From contig NC_043005.1 in assembly GCF_006345805.1 (NCBI RefSeq), positions 90,334,001-90,398,000 on the forward strand: a stretch of DNA of 64,000 bases, read 5' to 3'. This DNA is from Octopus sinensis. Taxonomy: Eukaryota. The notes beneath the pieces are model-generated. The model had not been told where the DNA came from. It ran no database searches and saw nothing but the letters and a program-made list of their open reading frames with translations. Below, piece by piece: positions 50,024-63,382 of this stretch (position 1 is its first letter; each line of letters starts with the position of its first letter). Made by a program: the position numbers and the translations under genes.

Positions 50024-51012
50024 ATGCATAGAATGTACTTCTTTGGATTCCCATCTATCAAATCAATTCCTTGTACCTTCACATCAATATAAATATTTCT
50101 CCTTCCTTCACTGGCAGGGAAGGCATATACTCACCTCTTCATCAAAACACCTGCTCCTGTCCCTCTAACTTATTTTCTTATCCTTCAATATTATACCCTA
50201 ATTAGTTGAGGTGACTTGTCTTACAGGTAACTGATACGATGAAAAATGTACCCAGTACACTCTGTGAAGTGGTCAACGTTAGGCAGGACATCTGCCCATA
50301 GAAACCATGTCAAAACAGGCATTGGAGCTTAGTGCAGCTCTTTGACAAGTCTGTTCATATTAAATTGTCCAACCCATGCCAGGATGTTAAATGATAATGA
50401 CTATGATGGTAGATACATGTACACAGGAATATGTGTATTCATATATATACAGTTTATATTTTTGTTTATGTTTATATATATACAGTTTATATTTATTTTT
50501 ATAATAAAAAATAAGCAGATATGATAACAGATAATAACTTTATTTATAAAAAAATGCTATTAGGGATATATATATATATATAATATATGCACACAAAAAT
50601 ATTTATCTATATCTATACACACACACACTTAAAATGTATGTACATGTGAACGTGCTTGTGAATGTATATTCGTATACAATTAGTTGTAAATGTTTTTACA
50701 ATACTATAAGGGTTCTTCTACTTAATCTCCATTACTTAAGCCACAAGTCATTGAGAGGTTAAACTTTACATGTAATTAATTATAGGTGGAGCTCTGGGTG
50801 CATGCGTGTGCATGCTTTGTATCTGTGTATGTACTCATGAACGCGAGTGAGTGGTTATCTAGCTAATCTGTCTATCTATCTATATATATATATGTATAAA
50901 TAATATATACACATATACACACACACACACACATGTATGTATATATGTATATAAATACATATTTATATACACACACACGCACACATATATATGTATGTAT
51001 GTATGTGCATGT

Positions 51013-51295
51013 AGGCATGTGGTTTAGTGGTTAGGGTGTTACTCTCACAATCGTGAGATTGTAGGTTCAATTCTCAGACCGAGGGTTGCGTTGTGTTTTT
51101 GAGCAAAGCACTTCATTTTATGTTGCTCTGCGATCATTTCGTCATCTGACATGTGGCACACGCTGCACCTGTAGAGGTAATATCGATTTGATAGAGGGCG
51201 TGAGCATATGTGTACACAAACCCTTGATCACTATAAACAAATCCTCTGAGCAGTTGTTCGGCAGGAAATTGCTGAACCCTCAGATGTTGTCTAAT
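51013..51295 (+). mobile_element. tRNA-derived SINE, family D head with a third body type
   Basis: GTGGTTTAGTGGTTAGGG..GGTTCAATTC..TTGAGCAAAGCACTT; 3' part differs from other D-head copies. Confidence 0.72.
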
Positions 51296-51539
51296 GAGAG
51301 GAGAGTCCATGATGTGTGTGGAAATGCATGTATGTCTGTGTAGATATCTTTTACCTTCTTTCTTTTACTTGTTTTCAATCATTCGACTGTGGCCATGCTG
51401 GGGCATCGCTTAAAGAATTTTTTATCTCATGAGGCAAAGTGTTTGAGTTCCTTTCAAGTGTTGGATGATCTCACAGAGGCAATGACTGAGACCTTTGGCA
51501 TTATGTCATGCTTGAGAAGAAGATCCATCAAGCGGAGCA

Positions 51540-51810
51540 AAATCGCAGTCGTGGCAGATACCAGTGTCACGCAAATGGCACGTAAACGCACCCCGGTGTC
51601 ACGCAAATGACTCCTGTGCCAGTGGCACATAAAAGCATCCATTACACTCTTGGAGTGGTTGGCATTAGGAAGGACATCCAGCTGTAGAAACCATGCCAAA
51701 TCAGACTGGAGTCTGGTGCAGCCTTGTAGTGTGCCAGCCCAGTCAACTGTCCAACCCAAGCCAGCATGGACAATAGACATTAAACGATGATGATGATGAT
51801 GATAATGAAT
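51540..51810 (+). mobile_element. RTE tail fragment (family C)
   Basis: GGCACATAAAAGCATCC..GGAAGGACATCCAGCTGTAG..(ATG)n. Confidence 0.8.
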
Positions 51811-52114
51811 CGACTCCACTACTTCAATTTTCTTAAACTGGGTACTTAATCTATTGTGTTTGTTGTTAAACACCTAAGTTATGAGGGTGTAAACCCACCA
51901 GCCCTGGTTGTCAAGCAGTGGCGGAGACAGTTGCAAACACACACTCTCGCATACATATACACAATCGTATATTTTTTCTGTAAAACACATGTAATAAACA
52001 CACACACACACATACATAAATACAACCTTTCAAGCTTATATATAAACATGCAGTTAGCTTTCAATATTTTGTGCTTATACTTATTCACCCTTCATTTTCT
52101 TTCAATTAAGATAT

Positions 52115-52420
<306 letters not shown>

Positions 52421-53614
52421 GGGGAATGTTAAATAGATATGAAGATAGATAACTAGACAGAGCAATAGATATTAATAAATACATACATGCACATATAGAT
52501 ATATATAGGATAGACGATATATATATATATATATATTAAATAGACGAGAGAGATTACAAAGAGAAGCAGCTAGACTTTTCTTATTAGACCTAATTTGGGC
52601 TATGTCACTTGGTCTGAATCAGATGAGTGACCTTTCTTCGTCTTTCTTATGACCTCATGATGTCAGTAACAAAACAATGGATATCTTCTTGATTTTTTTT
52701 TTTTTTCTGTTCCCACTACTTTAGATCCTTCCTGAGAATAGTTGACTGACTTCCACATTTTGAAGTAAGAATGTGACCTATAGAACTATAACATGGTCAC
52801 TAGGTCTCTAGAAGTGTTGTCATGACAACAAGACTTCCTTGCAAAGAATGAGTGGTGGTGGAATGTTGGGATTTGCAGAAGAGTGGGAAGTCTTCTAAAC
52901 TTGATTCAAACCCATTACATGTATTGTCTGCTTTTTTTACATGGTCCAGTCATTGGACCGTGGTCATTCTGGAGCACTGTCTTGTACATTACTGCATATG
53001 CTTTATATGCACTTTTGACAATTTGCAGTGCACCTGAGCACTGTATACAATAATTTCATTATTATTATAAATCAATCCAATCTTTTTCTTTTTTTTTTGT
53101 CCTAGTCTTGTAGTCTCATGCTTATTTTCTTTCACTCCTTTACCAAACTGGTAAGTTACAGAAATATAAACAAACCAATACTGGTTACTAAGATATGCAT
53201 AAACGTGTGTGTGTGTGTGTGTGTGGTGTGTGTGTGTAGATGAGTGTAAGTTTACACATGCATGCATAATTACATGTGTGTGTGTGTGTGTGTATCTATT
53301 TGTGTATGTGTCAGTTCATTTTGCTTGAGAACCTATGTTGGTTTGTTTATGTTTTTGCAACTTAGCCATGAAGCAATGGAAATTGTTGGAATAAGTACCA
53401 GCCTTAGAATTATGTACTGGGTGTAGGCTAGTTTCAGCTAAAACCCTTCTGTGTGGTGTCTCAGCATGGCTGCAGTCCAATGACTTAAACAATTAAAAGA
53501 AAAAAAGAATGATTAAAAGAAAGAATTAAGGGCAGGATCCTGTGACCCTTTTTTTCATGGCCTCTGAGACCAAAGATCTGGACAAAATACTTGCAGCAAT
53601 ATCAAGCATTTACT

Positions 53615-54229
53615 AAGGTGGCGAGCTGGCAGAAACATTAGCATGCCAGGTGAAATGCTTAGCGGTATTTTGTCTGCCGTTACGTTCTGAGTTCAAATTC
53701 CGCCGAGGTCGACTTTGCCTTTCATCCTTTCGGGGTCAATTAAATAAGTACCAGTTCCGCAGTGGGGATCGATATTATCGACTTAATCAGTTTGTCTGTC
53801 CTTGTTTGTCCTCTCTATGTTTAGCCCCTTCTGGGTAGTAAAGAAATAGGTATTTTGTCTGTCCTTACGTTCTGAGCTCAAATTCCACCGAGGTCGACTT
53901 TACCTTTCATCCTTTCGGGGTCGATAAATAAAGTACCAGTTTCGCACTGGGGTTGATATAATCGACTTAATCCGTTTGTCTGTCCTTGTTTGTCCCCATG
54001 TTTAGCCCCTTGTGGGCAATAAAGAAATAAGAAACGCTAGCATGTCAGGCAAAATGCTTAGTGGTATTTCTTCTGTCTTTATGTTCTGAGTTCAAATTCT
54101 GCTGATGTTGGCTTTGCCTTTCATCCTTTTGGGGTTGATAAATTAAGTACCAGTTGCATACTGGGGTTGATCTAATTGACTGGCCCCCCCTCCCCCAAAA
54201 TTTCAGGCCTTGTGCCTAGAGTAGAAAAG
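53615..54229 (+). mobile_element. Tandem trimer of SINE family B bounded by one TSD
   Basis: Units restart at 53849 and 54030; AATATCAAGCATT(T/A)ACT at 53598-53614 and 54230-54246. Confidence 0.85.
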
Positions 54230-54773
54230 AATATCAAGCATTAACTCAGCCCTGCAAGGATGAAAAAGCAAAGTTGGTGCCAGTAAAACTTGAGCCATGA
54301 AGGAACTTAATACCCCAGGGAATTTAAATTTTCTTCAGCTCCCTATTGTTCCTGTCATTCTACTTAATCTTTTTCTCAAATAAATGAATTAGCAAAAACT
54401 GGCTGAGCCTTAAATTTAACCCTTTGAAACATTAACAGTTGCTCCTCATTTTTGTTTTATGTTTTCATATGGTGGAATGATTGACCCCTTTTTAATACCA
54501 AGTTGCCTGAGGTTATCCTTGGTTCTGTGATACAAACTATTTTAACCCTTTAGCATTCAGATTATTTATCAAATGTAAAACGTGTTTATTCATATTCTTT
54601 TGAATTAATCATGCATTATCTTGTAGCTTTGATATTTCAGTTATGTGACTGTTTATTTTTAGAATAACATTGTAGGATAGGTATGAGGGCCTGGATCTGA
54701 TCATCATCATCATCATCATTGTTTAACGTCCACCTTCCATGCTGGCATGTTTGAATATAAAGCACGTAGAATA

Positions 54774-55345
54774 TCAGGTCATCCCATAAGTTCTGTCCGA
54801 ATATTGAATAAAGAAAACAAGTGATCAAATATTATGTTTAATTGGAATTTAATCATCAATGTACTTTCCCTGATTATCTATGACTTCCTTCCATCTATTT
54901 ATAAGCTTTTTAATCCCATCAATGTAAAACTCTTTTGGTTTCAAAGCGACCTCCTCCTGGCTTGTGAAAGTTATGTCCCCAAATGATTCTGTAGACTACG
55001 AAACAAGTGGTAGTCTGAAGGAGGAAGGTCGGGAGAATAAGGGGGATGAGGAATTTTTTCCCAACCAAGCTCTTCGATCTTCTGTGATGTGATCTTACAG
55101 TGTAGGGTTGCGCATTGTCCTGATGAAACATAACTCCTTTTCGATTTACAAAGGTGGGTCTTTTTTCTTCAAAACTTGGTTCAAAAGCTCTAATTGCTGA
55201 CTGTAGACTTGAGCATTAATTGTTGCATTAGGTGGTAACAATTCAAAGTGAATTAATCGTTTGCAATCCCACCAGATAGAGAGAAGAACATTTTTTCCAT
55301 GAAGTTCCTTTCTCGGTTGTGGTTGAGATTTTTCCCTTTTACCAA
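54774..55345 (-). mobile_element. mariner (DD34D) transposon 3' relic
   Basis: [76 protein letters not shown]; terminal TA TCAGGTCATCCCATAAG. Confidence 0.88.
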
Positions 55346-56689
55346 GCCACTGTATATATATATGTATATATATATATATGTTTGTGTCTGTGTTTGTCCC
55401 TCAAGTATCACTTGACAACCGATACTGGTGTGTTTACATCCCCGTAACTTAGCGGTTCGGTGAAAGAGACCTATAGAATAAGTACTAGGCTTATAAAGAA
55501 TAAGTCCTGGGATTGATTTGCTTGACTAAAGGTGGTGCTCCAGCATAACCACAGTCAAATGACTGAAACAAGTAAAAGAGTAAAAGAGAAGTATGGTGGC
55601 AAAAGGGTTAATAAGGACAAAGTTATTTTATTAAATTTTTCATAATTTTCAAAAAGAGTTGAAACAAAAACAGTGTATTTCAAGAGAAATATAGTGACAA
55701 AAGGGTTAAATTGTTGTTTTTCAGAACTAGATGTGGTGGAACTGGAAAATAATTGATAAAACATTAAATAGTAAATAGTGTAACAAGCTGGTCTTTTAAG
55801 TGTTTTAGCTGACTGCTTTTATTTTATTCAGAGTTTAGGTCTTAAGTATTACACAAACTGTACTAACATGAATATTTTGAAAGTATTAAATTTAGTTATG
55901 GATAATTGCCAATATCAGAACAAAATCAGAAATGAAATGCTTTTTTTTTTTTTTTAATGACTAATTTTTTTTAATTATTAGTAAGTGAAAAGTAATAAGT
56001 AAAGAATAATAAAACTAACAATTGCAAAATAAATTTTATTGTTTTAATATCTTTTTTTATTAAATTTTGTTCATGTTTGTTCACAGTTGTGGTTGACATT
56101 TTGTATGTCTTTGTGTACTGGAACAATCTTAACTGACCCCATGGTGGGATGTACTTTTTCACACTTTCACACACATTATCACACTCTTGGATGTTTTCAC
56201 ATACACACATACAGACACATGCACACACATGCAGATACACATTTTCATATAGAAACGCATACACACACAGAAACACATACATATACATATGTATGGTTTC
56301 ACACATTTGTATAGTCACATCCCCATGCACACAGCTCCATACCTGCCTTCACATAACCACACACATGGATTCACATTTTCATATTGCCACATAACACACA
56401 CAGTTTCATGCTTATATTCACACACATACATTCATATAAACACACACACGGCTTCATACTCTCACATAAATGCACACAAATCCACACTGACTGTCTCATG
56501 CAGACTTGGAAAAAATATCTCTTACCATCACCAACCATCACTACCACTGCTACCACCACTCCTACCACGACCACCACTACTACCACCACCGCCACATACA
56601 TTCATATATACATGCTGCCTTCCTGTCGTGTTCTTTCTCTCACTTTCCTCAGAAAATAAGTGTTGCCTTACTATTTTCATACTCCTTTT

Positions 56690-57950
56690 TTAGGGGTCGA
56701 TAAATTAAGTACCAGTGAAACACTTGGATTGATGTAATCGAGTAGACTCCTCCCCTAAAATTTCAGGCCTTGTAGTAGAAAGGATTATTATTATTATTAT
56801 TACTAAAGCAGTGCGCTGGCAGAATTGTTAGCACTTTCATCCTTTCGGGGTCGATAAATTAAGTACCTATTTCTTTATTACCCACAAGGGACAAACAGAA
56901 AGGACAAACTACCCACAGAAAGGACAAACAAACGGATTAAGTCGATTACATCAACCCCAGTGCGTAACTGGTACTTAATTTATCGACCCCAAAAGGATGA
57001 AAGGCAAAGTCGACCTCGGCGGAATTTGAACTCAAAACGTAACGGCAGACTAAATACGGCTACGCATTTCGCTCGCCGCCTTTTAAGTACCATTACGCAC
57101 TGGGGTCGATGTAATCAACTTAATACCTGTTTGTCCTCTCTATGTTTAGCCCCTTGTGGGCAATAAAGAAATAAGAATTGTTAGCACCCAGACAAATTGT
57201 TTAGTGGCATTTCATCTGTCCTTATGTCCTGAGTTCAAATTCTACTGTGGCCGACTTTGCCTTTCATCCTTTCAGGGTCGATAAAATAAATACCTGTCAT
57301 GAACTGGGGCTGATGTAATCAATTTATTGCCTCCTCCAAAATTTCAGGCCTTGTGCTTATAGTTGAAAGGACTGTGGCAGAATGATTAGCATGCTGGGTG
57401 ATAAGTTTAGTGGCATTTCGTCAGTCCTTATGTTGTGAGTTCAAATTCCACAAGGTTGACTTTGCCTTTTGCCCCTTCAGGGTCAATAAAATAAGTACCA
57501 GTTGAGTACTGAAGTCGAATTAATCAACATAGCCCCTCTTCCGATTTTGCTGGCCTTGTGCCAAAATTTAAAATCATAAGGCAGCAAGCTGGCAGAATTG
57601 TTAGCAGGCCAAGCAAAATGTTCAGTTGCATTTCATCTGTCTTTACATTCTGAGTTCAAGTTCTTCCAAGGTCATCTTTGCCTTTCATTCTTTCAGGGTC
57701 GATAAAATAGTACCAGTTGAGCACTGGGGTTGATGCAATCGACTATCCCCCTCCAACAAAATTTCAGGCCTTGTGCCTTTAGTAGAAAGGATTATTTTTA
57801 TGTTTATTGCACTGAGGTCAACTTGACCTTCCATCTTTTTGGGGTCAATAAATCAAGTACCATTTGAGCCCTGAGGTTGATATAATTGACTTAATCCCAC
57901 CTGGAATTACTGGCTTTGTGCCAAAATTTGAAACCATTATTATAATTATT
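56690..57950 (+). mobile_element. Dense head-to-tail cluster of SINE family B copies with one inverted nested copy (56868-57082)
   Basis: CCTTTCATCCTTTC..AAGTACC domain repeats about eight times; nested copy has TSD TTAAGTACC (56859-67, 57083-91). Confidence 0.85.
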
Positions 57951-57979
57951 ATTATCATTATTATTATTATTATTATTAT

Positions 57980-58372
57980 TGAGTGAGAGAGCAGTGCATG
58001 TCATCAAAGTAACACTGGGGTACAAATATATGAAGCCCAATATACCCATCATGACAACCCGCCTGATAAGGGTACACCAGACACATGCATCACAACCATA
58101 TGTGCACAACATAGTTATCTCCTGTCAAGATAAACAGCACATCACCTTGCAGGTGGGGCCCAGTTAAAATGTTCTTCTGATCAAGTAGCCCATCCTGCTC
58201 AAAAAGTCCCTGAATAAGGGTTGTTTAAGGATGTTGAACATAATACCCATGTTTCCAGAGGTGAATTATTCAAACCCCAAAGAATTCTCCTCAACACATG
58301 GCCATAATGCTCCCTCATTACTTCTGCTTGTGATCAGAGATGCACATATAATCAGCCATTAAGGGACATACT
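57980..58372 (-). mobile_element. Retroposon family F with (AAT)n tail
   Basis: Colinear with 62027-62407; both abut (ATT)n. Confidence 0.75.
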
Positions 58373-58374
58373 CT

Positions 58375-58665
58375 CATCTTTTGTCACTTTTCCCAAGGCT
58401 CCAATAATAATCAGTAGTGTCATGATCTTGTTAATTTCTCCTTCCAGCACTTGAGTATTTCATACTTCAAGCGGTCATAATACACTGCTTTTTCATTTCC
58501 TTTCTGTTTACTCTAGTGTCAAATGGCTATGCTATGTCAATTACAATGCATAATGTCTCCTTTTTGACTGCTACAATATCTGGTCTGTTACATTTTATTC
58601 TCTTAATTTGTATAGAAAAATCCCACTACAGTCTCATTTCCTCATTCACAAGGGTGAGCCATCAG
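58375..58665 (-). mobile_element. R4/Dong-like RLE relic
   Basis: *WDFSIQIKRIKCNRPDIVAVKKETLCIVIDIA*PFD..YDRLKYEI..LIIIGALGKVTK. Confidence 0.8.
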
Positions 58666-59334
58666 AATTGATTGAGACTGGATAAATTGCTTTGCAGCAT
58701 TGATTCCAGCCTTTATGTTCTTAGTTGAAATCCTGCTGAGGTGAACTTTGTCTTTCATCCTATCAGAGTTAATTAAATAAGTACCAGTCATGTACTATGG
58801 TCAATGTAATTGAGTAACCCACTTCCTCTAAAAATGTTGGCCTTTTGCTTAAATTAGAAATAATTGATTTCAAATTTTGGCACAAGGCCAGCAATTTTGG
58901 GGGAGAGGATAAGTCAATTTGATTGACCCCAGCACTCAACTGGTATTTATTTGAATGCATCTGAAAGAATAAAAGGTAAAGTCGACCTCTGTGGAATTTG
59001 AACTCAGACCCCAAAAGCAGATGAAGCACTGCTAAGCATTTTGCCCAGCATGCAACCATTTTGCCAGCTCACCACCTTCCTGATAATGATCAATATTATT
59101 GAATGTAGTCAGGTGGTGGCCTGACAGACTTGTTAGAAGGCTGGGCAAAATGCTGAGTAGCATTTTGTCCGTCTTTACATTCTGAGTTCAAACTCTGCTG
59201 AGGTTAACTTTGTCCTTCACCCTTTTGAGCTCCATAAAATAAGTACCAGTTGAGCTCTGGGGTTGATGTAATCAACTAACTCACAGTAAAATTGCTGGCC
59301 TTGTGCCTAAATCAGAAACAATTACTATTATCAT

Positions 59335-59625
59335 ATTTTACTTCTCAAACCTCTTGACTTTACTTGCTCCAGTTAATTCTGTGAGAGTGGTCAGCAGCCT
59401 GTTGCCAAAGGTCTTACTGGGTGTCTTTCCACATTGCTTATCACCTGAGTACCAATCACAAAACCCTTGCAGTCCCCAATAAAGCAGCTTTTGAGCATGT
59501 TTTCTCCTCATGTCAATCCCAATTTCTCTGACGGGTTCTCAAACCTGGTTGTTAGTGCTTGCAGTGCTCCTACAACTAATGAGATGACAGTTGTTCTCTT
59601 CATTTTCCACATTCTTGTAATTTCA
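59335..59625 (-). mobile_element. R4/Dong-like 3' end relic
   Basis: EITRMWKMKRTTVISLVVGALQAL..EIGID..LLGTARVL; 5' side abuts an (ATG/ATA)n tract. Confidence 0.72.
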
Positions 59626-59924
59626 TATTATCATTATTGTCATCATCATCATCATTATTGTTGTTGTTGTTGTTAACTTTTATTTTTTATTTTTATTTTT
59701 ATTTAGTGTACTAATCGGTGCTCCTAAAGATAATTATGACCTGTGTAAAAACTCAGACTTTAGCAAGACAGGTGTCATCTTTTCCTGTTCATCAACTACT
59801 GATGACTCCTGCTCAAAATTCTGTGTCCATAATTTAGGTAAGAAAAGTTTTATATCATATATAAATAAATTTTTAAAAAACATGAAAATATACAATGACA
59901 TTAAAACTTAAACATATTAAATCA

Positions 59925-60160
59925 ATGAGGCAGTGAGCTGGCACAATCGTTAGTACGCTGGACGAAATGCTTAGCGGTATTTCGTCTGCCGCTGTGTTCT
60001 GAGTTCAAATTCTGCCGAGGTTGACCTTGCCTTTCATCCTTTCGGGTTTGATTAAATAAGTACCAGTTACGCACTGGGGTCAATATAATCGACTTAATCC
60101 ATTTGTCTGTCCTTGTTTGTCCTCTCTCTGTGTTTAGCCCCTTGTGGGTAGTAAAGAAAT
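59925..60160 (+). mobile_element. Young SINE family B with 13-bp TSD
   Basis: ACATATTAAATCA at 59912-59924 and 60161-60173. Confidence 0.9.
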
Positions 60161-60491
60161 ACATATTAAATCATTGTATCTTACATTTAAACAGAGTTAC
60201 GCCTTTCAGAGGGAGATGCTCTTCAGAGGAAAATGAGAAATGTAGATATAGTACTTGTTGAGGTTATCTCTACAGTTATTCTATAGAAATTAGATGGGTG
60301 CTGGCAGACTCATTTACATACCAGGTGAAACGCTTAGCAGTATTTCATCTGTCTTTACATTCAAAGTTCAAATTCTGCTGGGGTCATCTTTGACATTCAT
60401 CCTTTCAGAGTCAATAAAATAATTACCAGTTGATGTAATTGATTTATTGGGGTTGATGTAATTGATTTATTCCCTTCCCTGAAATTGCTGG

Positions 60492-60537
60492 CAGATGAAG
60501 GGGTAGAAACTCTTGAAGTATGGCATGTATGCCTATT
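60492..60537 (+). ncRNA. Degenerate hammerhead remnant (family F4)
   Basis: CAGATGA AGGGT AGAA ACTCT T GAAG TATGGCATG T A TGCCTATTA; homologous to 61235-61288. Confidence 0.35.
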
Positions 60538-60579
60538 ACCCTTTTTTTCATCATCAATCTCATTGTTTGTTTACCAGCA

Positions 60580-60977
60580 GTGGCTGTGTGGTAAGTAGCT
60601 TGCTTACCAACCACATGGTTCCTGGTTCATTCCCACTGCATGGCACCTTGGGCAAGTGTCTTCTACTATAACCTCAGGCTGACCAAAGCCTTGTGAGTGG
60701 ATTTGGTAGACGGAAACTGAAAGAAACCCTTCGTATATATGTATATAAGTGTGTGTGTGTGTGTGTATGCTTGTGTGTCTGTGTTTGTCCCCCCCCCCCA
60801 GCATCACTTGACAACTGATGCTGGTGTGTTTACGTCCCCATAACGTAGCGGTTCGGCAAAAGAGATCGATAGAATAAGTAATAGGCTTACAAAGAATACG
60901 TCCTGGGGTTGATTTGCTCAACTAAAGGCGGTGCTCCAGCATGGCCACGGTCAAATGACTGAAACAAGTAAAAGAGT
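60580..60977 (+). mobile_element. SINE family A1
   Basis: Colinear with 24505-24912. Confidence 0.9.
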
Positions 60978-61234
60978 ATCTGATGTCTTGGATACAAAAA
61001 TCCTTCATTGATGTGATAGCACTGCTAACACAGTAGAACATGGTATTGACTAATAAAAATGCTTGATATACTTTATAGCACATTGTGGTTGCATAATGAA
61101 ATACCGTTTCCCTACAAGTCATCAATATTTACTTACCAACTTCCAGGAATGTTTTTAAGATATAAAACTTAGAAATCCAATAATGTTACACTGCCGTATT
61201 TGGTGACTATTTAAACGATGTATTTGTGGATGAT

Positions 61235-61288
61235 TAATGGGTGCTGATGAAGTGGGAGGACCCCAAAATATGGCATATACACCTATTA
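61235..61288 (+). ncRNA. Minimal type-I hammerhead-like motif, G12A-decayed (family F4)
   Basis: TAATGGGTG CTGATGA A GTGG GAGGA CCCC AAAA TATG G CATA T A CACCTATTA: 9-bp stem I, canonical CUGAUGA, near-palindromic stem III. Confidence 0.6.
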
Positions 61289-61387
61289 CCCCTTCCTCAT
61301 TAATATGTACTGATAGTATCAAGAGTATAGAGGGAGAGGTGAAATTGTTGTAGGGGGATGGAGAATGAGGGTATCAGAGTATGACCA

Positions 61388-61458
<71 letters not shown>

Positions 61459-61479
61459 CATAAAGTGTGTAGAGATGAA

Positions 61480-61610
61480 AAGGTGGAGAATGCATAGGAG
61501 AAAGGAAACCTTCCTAACATGGATCCAGTGAATGGACCAGTTATCTTAGTTAACAGTAGTATGGTAGATGAAACAATTAAGGATATGAAGACTGGAAAAG
61601 CCCTTTCCTA
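61480..61610 (+). mobile_element. RTE ORF relic (pre-RT linker)
   Basis: LPNMDPVNGPVILVNSSMVDETIKDMKTGKA resembles the RTE linker ending K.GKA.G. Confidence 0.55.
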
Positions 61611-62026
61611 CAAAAATTACAATGTGTGCCATTCTCATGTCTTGTGGAAAACCAGGAACTATTTGGCACCAGAATATTTTCTGGTCCTAAAGAGCCTTGG
61701 CTATAAGGCACCATTTGATGAGTGGTTGGGAAGAGACATGTCAGGGGCAGATACGATCAGGAGCAGATTGCATCAAGGGCATAGACATAAAGGGTTTACT
61801 TTTAGGGCCTTATTTGTGCTGAGGTAGACAGCATAGGTGGTGTAGTGTTTGGATGGTGTGATCTCTTTATATTCTTAGTTTGAATTCTGCCGAAGTTAAC
61901 TTTGCTTTTCATCCTTTTGAGGTCAATAAGATAAGTACCAGTTGAGTACCGGGGTTGATATAATTGGATAGTCCCCTTCCCCCAAACTTTCTGGCCTTGT
62001 GTCAAAATTTGAAACCTTTATTATTA

Positions 62027-62407
62027 TTGTGCATGCTATCAAAGTGACACTGGGGTAAAATATACAAAGCCCATCATGACTACCCGTCTGATAAGGGTAC
62101 ACTAGGCACATGCATCACAACCATATGTGCACAACATGGTGATCTCATATCAAGATAAACAGCATATCAACTTGCAGGTGGGACCCAGTTAAAATGTTCT
62201 TCAGGTTGAGTAGCCCATCCCACTGAAAAGGTCCCTGAATAAGGATTGTTTAAGGATGTTGAACAAACCACCCATGTTTCCAGAGGTGAATTATCCAAAC
62301 CCCTAAGGATTCCTCTCAAGACATGGTTATGATACTCTCCCACAACTTCTGCTTGTGATTAGAGATGCACATATCGTCAGCCACTGAGGGACATGGTCAA
62401 CTGGTTA
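62027..62407 (-). mobile_element. Retroposon family F, second copy
   Basis: Colinear with 57980-58372. Confidence 0.75.
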
Positions 62408-62454
62408 AGATCAGAAACCACAATCACCATTGCCTGGTACTGCATCAGGGCATT

Positions 62455-62492
62455 CATCATCATCATCATCATCGTCATCATCATCATCATCG

Positions 62493-62529
<37 letters not shown>

Positions 62530-62555
62530 TATTATTATTATTATTATTATTATTT
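62455..62555. repeat. (CAT)n(TAT)n microsatellite (retroposon tail)
   Basis: Directly visible; adjoins an RTE-like tail on the minus strand. Confidence 0.92.
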
Positions 62556-62984
62556 TGGTTGGAAACATGTGTAGGTTTGCAAGAGGAAAGGCATCCTGCC
62601 ATAGAAAAACCTCTAGCTTGTGATTTGACCCATGCAAGAATGGAAAAATAGACATTAAAGCCCAAAGACTCATAAACCTGGAGATTCACCTGATTTCTGT
62701 GGGTTTTTGAGTGACTGATATCATAACACTCCTCCCTGAATAGGGTGTCAGTCTATGGCAGGTCTAACTCCCCAGCTGTTACTGGAACACATTTGCAGCT
62801 GAATGGACTGGAGCAATGGGAAATGAAGGGTTTTGCTCCCACCCAGTTCAGGGATCCATTATCATAAGATCCTGGTTGCAACACTCTAACTTCTTGGCCA
62901 CACACCCTCAGAGGATGAGAAGAGATGAATAATGTTGAGAACACATGATGATGAGAACAGATTAATAAATACGAGAGAAGCATG

Positions 62985-63382
62985 GTTGTGTGGTGAGATG
63001 TTTGCTTCCCGAGCACATGATTCCAGGTTCAGTCCCACTACATGGCACCTTGAGCAAGTGTCTTTTCGTATGGCCTCAGGCTGACCAAATTCTTGTGCGT
63101 GGATTTGATAGACAGAAACTGAAAGAAGTTTATTGTGTGTGTGTGTATGTGTATCTGTGTGTCTGTGTGATTGTGTCATCCACCAACACATGACAAATTA
63201 TGTTGGTGTGTTTACGTCCCCATAACTTAGCAGTTTTGCAAAAGAGACTGATAGAATAAGGAGCAGGCTTTTAAAAGAAAATACGCATCAGATTTGATTC
63301 ATTTGATGGAAAATTCTTCAAGGCTGTGCCCCAGCATGGTCACAGTCTAATAACTGAAACAAGTAATAGATAAAAGATAAGA
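62985..63382 (+). mobile_element. SINE family A1, older
   Basis: Colinear with 24505-24912, more diverged. Confidence 0.82.
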
